Shown here: positions 36,760 to 41,827 of the stretch, one piece after another
Position numbering within the stretch: the first letter of the stretch is position 1
Layout: each line of letters opens with the position of its first letter
Source of the DNA: a virus
Direction: 5' to 3' (one strand)
Length of the DNA: 41,827 bases
Virus genome (UHGV): UHGV-0360402
The notes under the pieces: generated by a model
Databases searched by the model: none
Seen by the model: the letters and a program-made list of their open reading frames with translations, nothing else
Told to the model about the DNA's origin: nothing
Position numbers and translations under genes: made by a program

Positions 36760-36788
36760 TTGACATCAAACCAGATACGCATAATTAT
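36760..36788 (+). promoter_or_regulatory. Candidate rightward early promoter TTGACA-17-AATTAT
   Basis: Consensus -35; -10 overlaps operator at 36788. Confidence 0.55.
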
Positions 36789-36802
36789 TACCTCAACGGT
36801 AA
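36788..36802. promoter_or_regulatory. Operator-like palindrome TTACCtcaacGGTAA
   Basis: Perfect half-sites; overlaps -10 and start region. Confidence 0.6.
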
Positions 36803-36821
36803 CAGACCGAGGTAACAAGTT

Positions 36822-36974
36822 ATGCAGTGGAAAATCATCAACGGTTGGTACTGCGTTACTGCATGCGGATTCATGAGCTGGAAGTTCCGCACCTTACAGG
36901 AAGGCATTAAGTGGGCTTTCGTCAGCAAAGAAGCTCTCGATGTAGCCAACGATAACGAGATATGGGAGGGCTGA
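36822..36974 (+). CDS. Small hypothetical protein (50 aa), first gene of rightward operon
   Basis: GAGGT RBS; below ORF-track cut-off. Confidence 0.4.
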   Translation: MQWKIINGWYCVTACGFMSWKFRTLQEGIKWAFVSKEALDVANDNEIWEG

Positions 36975-36976
36975 TA

Positions 36977-37276
36977 ATGAACGTTAATCAGCAGAAAAAT
37001 CTTCAAAAAATCATGCTGGCATTCGACAAGGACTACCGCCTGTCAGAACAGCTATATGACCGACAAGTTGAACTGATTGAGAGCATCCGACTTCATCAAC
37101 TGTCCTCAACTTTCGACGTTGTAACAGTTAAAGGCGTTCGCCAGGAAGTACTGGAGGCTGCTAAAGACAGCCCTGAGTTCGAAGAACTGATGGATGCCTA
37201 TCGGCGAGAGGCAATGGCAATTATCGCCCGCTGGGATCTGGCGGATCAGCTTGATGGACAGAGGGACGCGGCATGA
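36977..37276 (+). CDS. Hypothetical protein (99 aa) upstream of exonuclease
   Basis: GGGAGGG RBS before ATG 36977; ATGA-coupled to exonuclease gene. Confidence 0.55.
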   Translation: MNVNQQKNLQKIMLAFDKDYRLSEQLYDRQVELIESIRLHQLSSTFDVVTVKGVRQEVLEAAKDSPEFEELMDAYRREAMAIIARWDLADQLDGQRDAA

Positions 37277-38094
37277 AACCGGGAATTTATTTCGACATCA
37301 GCAACGAAGACTACCACGCCGGTGACGGCGTGAGTAAGTCGCAACTGGACATGGTTGCCAAGAATCCGGCGCTTCTTAAATGGGTTCAGGCAGCACCAGA
37401 AGACGAAGAGAAAAAGTCTGCACTGGATATGGGAACCGCATTGCACTGTCTGCTTCTGGAGCCTGGAGAGTTCGACAAACGCTTCATTGTTTCACCGAAA
37501 TTCGATCGTCGGACGAAACAAGGTAAAGCTGACGAAGAGGCATTTCTTCGTGATGTGGCGGATATGGTGATTACGGTACTTGATGCCGAGCAGTGGCGGA
37601 AACTGGAGCTGATGCGTGATAGCGCAATGGCTCATCCGGCGGCACGCTGGATGTTGGAAGCACCTGGTTACTGCGAAGCATCAATGTACTGGAACGATGA
37701 AGAGACGGGTGAGTTGTGCCGAATTCGTCCAGACAAATGGCTGAACGAGCACAACGTGATCGTCGACGTGAAAAAGGTTGCAGATATGGACCGTTTTGCA
37801 CGCCACATCGAGGAATTCCGCTACCACGTGCAGGACGCAATGTACCGCGAAGGCGCAATGAGGGTTACTGGTCAGCCGCATGGTTTTTTCTTTCTTGCCG
37901 TGAGCGAAAGCATTGATTGTGGTCGGTATCCGGTACGCGTGTTCGAGCTGGATGCGCAGGATGTCGATGCCGGGCGCGCTCTGTTCCGCCGGGATCTGAA
38001 TACCTATCACGAATGCCGCATCAATGATGAATGGGGCGGTGTGGAAATCATTAAACGCCCTGAGTGGGCACGCAAACAGGATATGTACATATGA
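37273..38094 (+). CDS. PD-(D/E)XK exonuclease, RecE-like (273 aa)
   Basis: N-terminal ISNEDYHAG...SKSQL signature; D-x-K region IVDVKK; coupled to RecT-like gene. Confidence 0.65.
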   Translation: MKPGIYFDISNEDYHAGDGVSKSQLDMVAKNPALLKWVQAAPEDEEKKSALDMGTALHCLLLEPGEFDKRFIVSPKFDRRTKQGKADEEAFLRDVADMVITVLDAEQWRKLELMRDSAMAHPAARWMLEAPGYCEASMYWNDEETGELCRIRPDKWLNEHNVIVDVKKVADMDRFARHIEEFRYHVQDAMYREGAMRVTGQPHGFFFLAVSESIDCGRYPVRVFELDAQDVDAGRALFRRDLNTYHECRINDEWGGVEIIKRPEWARKQDMYI

Positions 38095-39032
38095 GCAACG
38101 ACATCGCAAACATCAACACACCAGTAGACACAGCAATCGCTGGAACTGCTGCAACTATTTTCAGCCCAGACGGCTTGAACCAACTGATGAAATTCGCCGA
38201 GGTAATGGCGCAAAGCCGCGTAACGGTACCGGCGCACCTCGCCGGGAAACCAGCTGATTGCATGGCCGTGGCAATGCAGGCTGCGCAGTGGGGAATGAAC
38301 CCGTTTGCCGTGGCTCAGAAAACCCATGTTGTGAACGGCACGCTAGGTTATGAAGCCCAATTAGTAAACGCAGTTATCTCAACAATGTCGCCAACAAAAG
38401 ATCGCATCAACTACGAGTGGTTCGGGCCGTGGGAACGCGTGATCGGTAAGTTTGTTGAGAAAACATCCAAAAACGGCAATCCGTATATCGCACCAGGCTG
38501 GACTCTAAAAGACGAAGAAGGTTGCGGTGTTCGCGTATGGGCAACCATGAAGGGCGAGGATCAACCTCGAGTGCTTGAGTTAATGCTGTCTCAAGCACAG
38601 GTAAGAAACTCCACACTTTGGGCCAGTGATCCGAAACAACAACTCGCATACCTTGCAACAAAACGCTGGTCTCGCTTGCACTGTCCTGACGTAATCATGG
38701 GCGTCTACACACCAGACGAATTACAGGAAACGGCACCGCGCGTTGAGCGAGACATTACTCCGCAAACGACCACTGCTGCGGGAATGAACAGTCTGATCAA
38801 CGCTAAACAAGTGAAAAAGCCTGATGAGCAAACGCGTAAAGCGGATAGCCGTGATCCAGAAGAAATGCTAATGGCCTTTACCAGCGCAGCGATGAATTAC
38901 AGCACTGTCTCCGAACTGGATAAAGCTTACAAATACATTGCACAAAAACTTTCAGATGATGACGAACTGCTGGCAAAAGCCACCGACGTTTACAGCGTTC
39001 GTCGGGAAGAATTAAACGAAACATCTATGTAA
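38091..39032 (+). CDS. RecT-family single-strand annealing protein
   Basis: ATG 38091 overlaps exonuclease stop; RecT-like core (NPFAVAQKTHVVNGTLGYEAQL). Confidence 0.7.
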   Translation: MSNDIANINTPVDTAIAGTAATIFSPDGLNQLMKFAEVMAQSRVTVPAHLAGKPADCMAVAMQAAQWGMNPFAVAQKTHVVNGTLGYEAQLVNAVISTMSPTKDRINYEWFGPWERVIGKFVEKTSKNGNPYIAPGWTLKDEEGCGVRVWATMKGEDQPRVLELMLSQAQVRNSTLWASDPKQQLAYLATKRWSRLHCPDVIMGVYTPDELQETAPRVERDITPQTTTAAGMNSLINAKQVKKPDEQTRKADSRDPEEMLMAFTSAAMNYSTVSELDKAYKYIAQKLSDDDELLAKATDVYSVRREELNETSM

Positions 39033-39081
39033 CCACCACCGCGGCGCCACGCGCGCCGCACTGCAACCAAGAGAGGTATTT

Positions 39082-39330
39082 ATGAAAGGTGCATTAGGTA
39101 AGAAGGAACTCCTGGCGGTGGTGCCACTGTCATGGAGCACTATCGACCGTATGGAGCGCGCAGGGGAATTTCCTAAACGCTGGTATATCACCGATAAACG
39201 CTGCGCATGGAACCGTGATGAAGTTGAGCGTTGGCTTGATGAACGTCAGGCAGCAAGTCCAGCAGAGTTCCAGGGTAAAAAGCCTCCTGTTCAGCAACGT
39301 GTATATCGTCCTGTGAGCAACGCTGCATGA
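39082..39330 (+). CDS. AlpA-family HTH regulator / putative excisionase (82 aa)
   Basis: GAGAGG RBS; LSWSTIDRMERAGEFPKR...WNRDEVERWL matches AlpA/Vis-type winged helix. Confidence 0.65.
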   Translation: MKGALGKKELLAVVPLSWSTIDRMERAGEFPKRWYITDKRCAWNRDEVERWLDERQAASPAEFQGKKPPVQQRVYRPVSNAA

Positions 39331-39439
39331 GTGTGCTGCTAAGGCACTGGAGCAAATGGTCAGGATGGTACTTATTCCTGGCCTCTGTTTCAGCATGGCT
39401 TTATCTGCTGGCATTAATTTTCAGAGAGGGTTGGATTAA

Positions 39440-39739
39440 GTGAGAAAGTTAAGCCGACTTGAAAAATATCACATGAATAAGGTTTCAATGCGCAGTCCGT
39501 CAAAGATTGTCGCCGTTACTCCTGCGGCGATAGAGATCGAAAAACGCGCGATTGAAAGAGAGAAAAAAGGGCAGTTCCGCATTGCCGCTCACCTTTGGCT
39601 TCAGTGTATGGATGTTGCTTCTGGTGATGTTGAGCGTGCAAGGATCGCGGTTCGCAGGGACCAATGTATCACAAAAGGTAACGGCCTTCGCCGTGGCGAC
39701 TATAGCGGCATAGGATGTTGTGGTGTGGTTTATGACTAA
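39440..39739 (+). CDS. PerC-like transcriptional regulator (start uncertain: GTG 39440 or ATG 39473)
   Basis: AIEREKKGQFRIAAHLWLQCMDV...RDQC pattern resembles PerC family. Confidence 0.5.
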   Translation: MRKLSRLEKYHMNKVSMRSPSKIVAVTPAAIEIEKRAIEREKKGQFRIAAHLWLQCMDVASGDVERARIAVRRDQCITKGNGLRRGDYSGIGCCGVVYD

Positions 39740-40382
39740 GAAATACACACTAATCTATGCAGATCCACCCTGGGTATACCGGGACAAAGCCGCAGATGGT
39801 AATCGCGGTGCCGGTTTTAAATATCCGGTTATGAGTGTGCTGGATATCTGCCGCCTTCCTGTGTGGGATTTGGCCGATGAAAACTGTCTGTTGGCCATGT
39901 GGTGGGTGCCAACACAACCACTCGAAGCACTAAAAGTTGTTGAAGCCTGGGGATTTCGTCTGATGACGATGAAGGGCTTCACGTGGATAAAATGTGGTAG
40001 TCGACAACCAGATAAACTGGTTATGGGTATGGGACACATGACTCGCGCCAATAGTGAAGATTGCCTGTTTGCAGTAAAGGGAAAACTACCTCCACGCATT
40101 AATGCAGGGATCGTTCAGTCATTTACCGCACCGCGGCTTGAGCATTCAAGAAAACCAGATGTCGTTCGTGAAAAACTTGTGCAATTGTTAGGCGATGTTT
40201 CTCGCATTGAACTGTTCGCCCGCCAGTCGTCTCATGGCTTCGATGTTTGGGGTAATCAGTGCGAAGACCCGGCAGTGCAACTACACCCTGGATACGTGTT
40301 GGATATTGCCAGATTAACAAATGCATTCAGCAATGCTCCGCTGTCACCAACAGACAACCAGGGACGGGAGCGTGCAGCATGA
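39732..40382 (+). CDS. MT-A70-family DNA N6-adenine methyltransferase (216 aa)
   Basis: ATG 39732 (MTKKYTLIYADPPW); DPPW catalytic motif. Confidence 0.8.
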   Translation: MTKKYTLIYADPPWVYRDKAADGNRGAGFKYPVMSVLDICRLPVWDLADENCLLAMWWVPTQPLEALKVVEAWGFRLMTMKGFTWIKCGSRQPDKLVMGMGHMTRANSEDCLFAVKGKLPPRINAGIVQSFTAPRLEHSRKPDVVREKLVQLLGDVSRIELFARQSSHGFDVWGNQCEDPAVQLHPGYVLDIARLTNAFSNAPLSPTDNQGRERAA

Positions 40383-40573
40383 ACAGGGCATCACCAGCAG
40401 ATTTAAGGAAATGCCTTGAAACTGCATACATGCTTGCACACAGCGGGATCAGGTTTGTTCCAATTCCCGCTGTCACTGATGCTGAATTTGCAACACTGTC
40501 AGCAATATTCACAGGTAAAATTGAATCACTGGCAGCAGAAGCCGAGATGGAAGAAAATCAGCAGAATAATTAA
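40379..40573 (+). CDS. Hypothetical protein (64 aa)
   Basis: ATGA-coupled to methyltransferase stop; convergent with integrase. Confidence 0.5.
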   Translation: MNRASPADLRKCLETAYMLAHSGIRFVPIPAVTDAEFATLSAIFTGKIESLAAEAEMEENQQNN

Positions 40574-40576
40574 ACG

Positions 40577-41827
40577 TTATTCCCCCGCCATCCACTTCTC
40601 AAACTTCGACGGGGAGAACGGAATCAGATCCGTATGCTCCCCGTTAATCCAGGAATCAATCATATCGGCCCACTGCTGCAACATGTAGGCGCGCTGTCTG
40701 GCGTATTCCGCTTTGTTATATACGGCGCGCACACCTTTCTGCTCATGTGCCAGAGCCTTTTCAATCCAGTCTGAAGGATAACCAGCCTCATGCAACAACG
40801 TACTGGCTGTACGGCGCATATCATGTACAGTGAAGTCCTGAATATGCTCACCATCTTCATTTATTATTTTCACCGTTCTGTCGATCAGAGAGTTCAGCGC
40901 GGCATTAGATAATGGCTTCCGGAAATTGTAACGACCAGGAACCAGATATTCACTTCCACCAGCGCACATCTGCAACCCGACCAATATATCCTGTGCCTGT
41001 TTAGGCAGGTAAATAACGTGCGCCCGGCTTCCCTTCATGCGGTCTGAAGGAATTGTCCATGTCCATTTTTTAAAATCTATTTCGTCCCACGTTGCATTGG
41101 TGAATTCGCCTTTACGAACCATAGTGATAAGCACCAGCTTTAAAGCCATTTTCATAGTGCCCATAGCACCAATGGCATCCAGCGTGCGGAAGAACAGGCC
41201 AATTTCTTCTGGTGTCAGTGTTCGCTCTCGTGGTTTAAATATGGCGATAGCCGAAGGTTTAATGTCAGCCGCAGGATTAAACAAACCATGACCACGGTCA
41301 TTGGCGTGACGGTATACGCTGCTGATGATCTCCCTGGCCTGTACTGCTGTTGCCCGACCACCGCGTTCGACAATCCGGTCACACAAATCACGAACCATCG
41401 ATGTGGTAATTTCAGCCATCATTTTGTTGCCAAGAACCGGAAGTATGTCACGGTCGATCACCGCCTGCTTCATTGCGCGGGTACTGTCAGCCAGGATGAC
41501 GTGTTTCATATAACTGTCGGTATGTACCGCAAACGTCTCGGCACCACGAATCTTTTTGATACCGTCACGTTTAGCTGCAGCCGGCGACTGGCCTGCTTTA
41601 AGCAGCTTCTTTGCAGCAATCAGTTCTTCTCGCGCTTCTGCCAGGCTGATACCGTCACGCCCATACTGCCCGATTACCAGTGTTTCGCGGCGACCGTTGA
41701 TACGGTAGTCATAGCGAAACGAGACCGTACCTGACGTAAGCACAGCTACATACAGCCCGTCACGATCGGAAACTTTGTACAGTTTGTCCTGTGGCTTGAG
41801 GTTCTTTAATTTTGTATCGGTAAGCAC
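40577..41827 (-). CDS. Tyrosine integrase, P4-family (N-terminus at or just beyond window edge)
   Basis: N-terminal LTDTKLKNLKP...DGLYVAV...FRYDYR arm-binding region; C-terminal HDMRRT and AVYNKAEY catalytic motifs; ORF open to the last base. Confidence 0.85.
   Translation of the reverse strand: MLTDTKLKNLKPQDKLYKVSDRDGLYVAVLTSGTVSFRYDYRINGRRETLVIGQYGRDGISLAEAREELIAAKKLLKAGQSPAAAKRDGIKKIRGAETFAVHTDSYMKHVILADSTRAMKQAVIDRDILPVLGNKMMAEITTSMVRDLCDRIVERGGRATAVQAREIISSVYRHANDRGHGLFNPAADIKPSAIAIFKPRERTLTPEEIGLFFRTLDAIGAMGTMKMALKLVLITMVRKGEFTNATWDEIDFKKWTWTIPSDRMKGSRAHVIYLPKQAQDILVGLQMCAGGSEYLVPGRYNFRKPLSNAALNSLIDRTVKIINEDGEHIQDFTVHDMRRTASTLLHEAGYPSDWIEKALAHEQKGVRAVYNKAEYARQRAYMLQQWADMIDSWINGEHTDLIPFSPSKFEKWMAGE

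Larger units (their letters stand above)
1251..41827. mobile_element. Temperate podovirus-type prophage, nearly complete; right end (integrase 5' end and att) runs past the window
   Basis: Contiguous phage modules (lysis, T7-like virion, terminase, replication, repressor/Cro, RecET, integrase); host genes only left of about 1263; guaA-like core at 1251-1265. Confidence 0.85.

Noticed and set aside
39355-39438. 27-aa hydrophobic micro-ORF between the AlpA-like and PerC-like genes
   Set aside because: No RBS and too short to support from sequence alone.
1-41827. CRISPR arrays, IS elements or transposases, rRNA genes
   Set aside because: No short direct repeats with spacers, no transposase-like ORFs and no rRNA-like sequence seen on reading both strands.
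1-41827. Interpretation as a lytic T7-like phage genome
   Set aside because: There is no phage RNA polymerase or T7-type early region in the window; instead there are an integrase, a repressor/Cro switch, antirepressors and host flanking genes.

Overview
The window is almost entirely one temperate podovirus-type prophage (about 1263 to beyond 41827) sitting downstream of two host genes (yfgH/yfgI-like, 84-1157). The left junction carries a 15-bp copy of what looks like the guaA 3' end (1251-1265), so the phage probably integrated at guaA; the right junction lies beyond the window, just past a P4-family integrase. Reading right to left on the minus strand: a Cro-like gene, replication genes (O-like with DnaT-like domain, lambda-P-like), nin-type small genes, terminase small and large subunits, a tRNA-Arg(UCU) island, then a T7-like virion module (portal, scaffold, capsid, gp11/gp12-like tail, four ejection proteins, tailspike) and a lysis cassette. 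On the plus strand at the right are a non-S24 repressor, RecE/RecT-like recombination genes, an AlpA-like regulator, a PerC-like regulator and an MT-A70 methyltransferase. Between the ejection-protein genes and the tailspike is a 5.4-kb island (6200-11650) that looks like a P22 immI region: Mnt-like and Arc-like regulators, three antirepressor-type genes sharing one C-terminal module (one behind a LexA box), a candidate antisense RNA, and an AT-rich two-gene cassette bracketed by 254-bp inverted repeats. Two dispersed motifs stand out: a 15-bp palindrome TTACC-N5-GGTAA at 14 intergenic sites, and an exact 12-bp palindrome GTGACATGTCAC at three sites. All protein family calls are from reading the translations, not from database searches. 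No CRISPR array, rRNA or transposase was seen.
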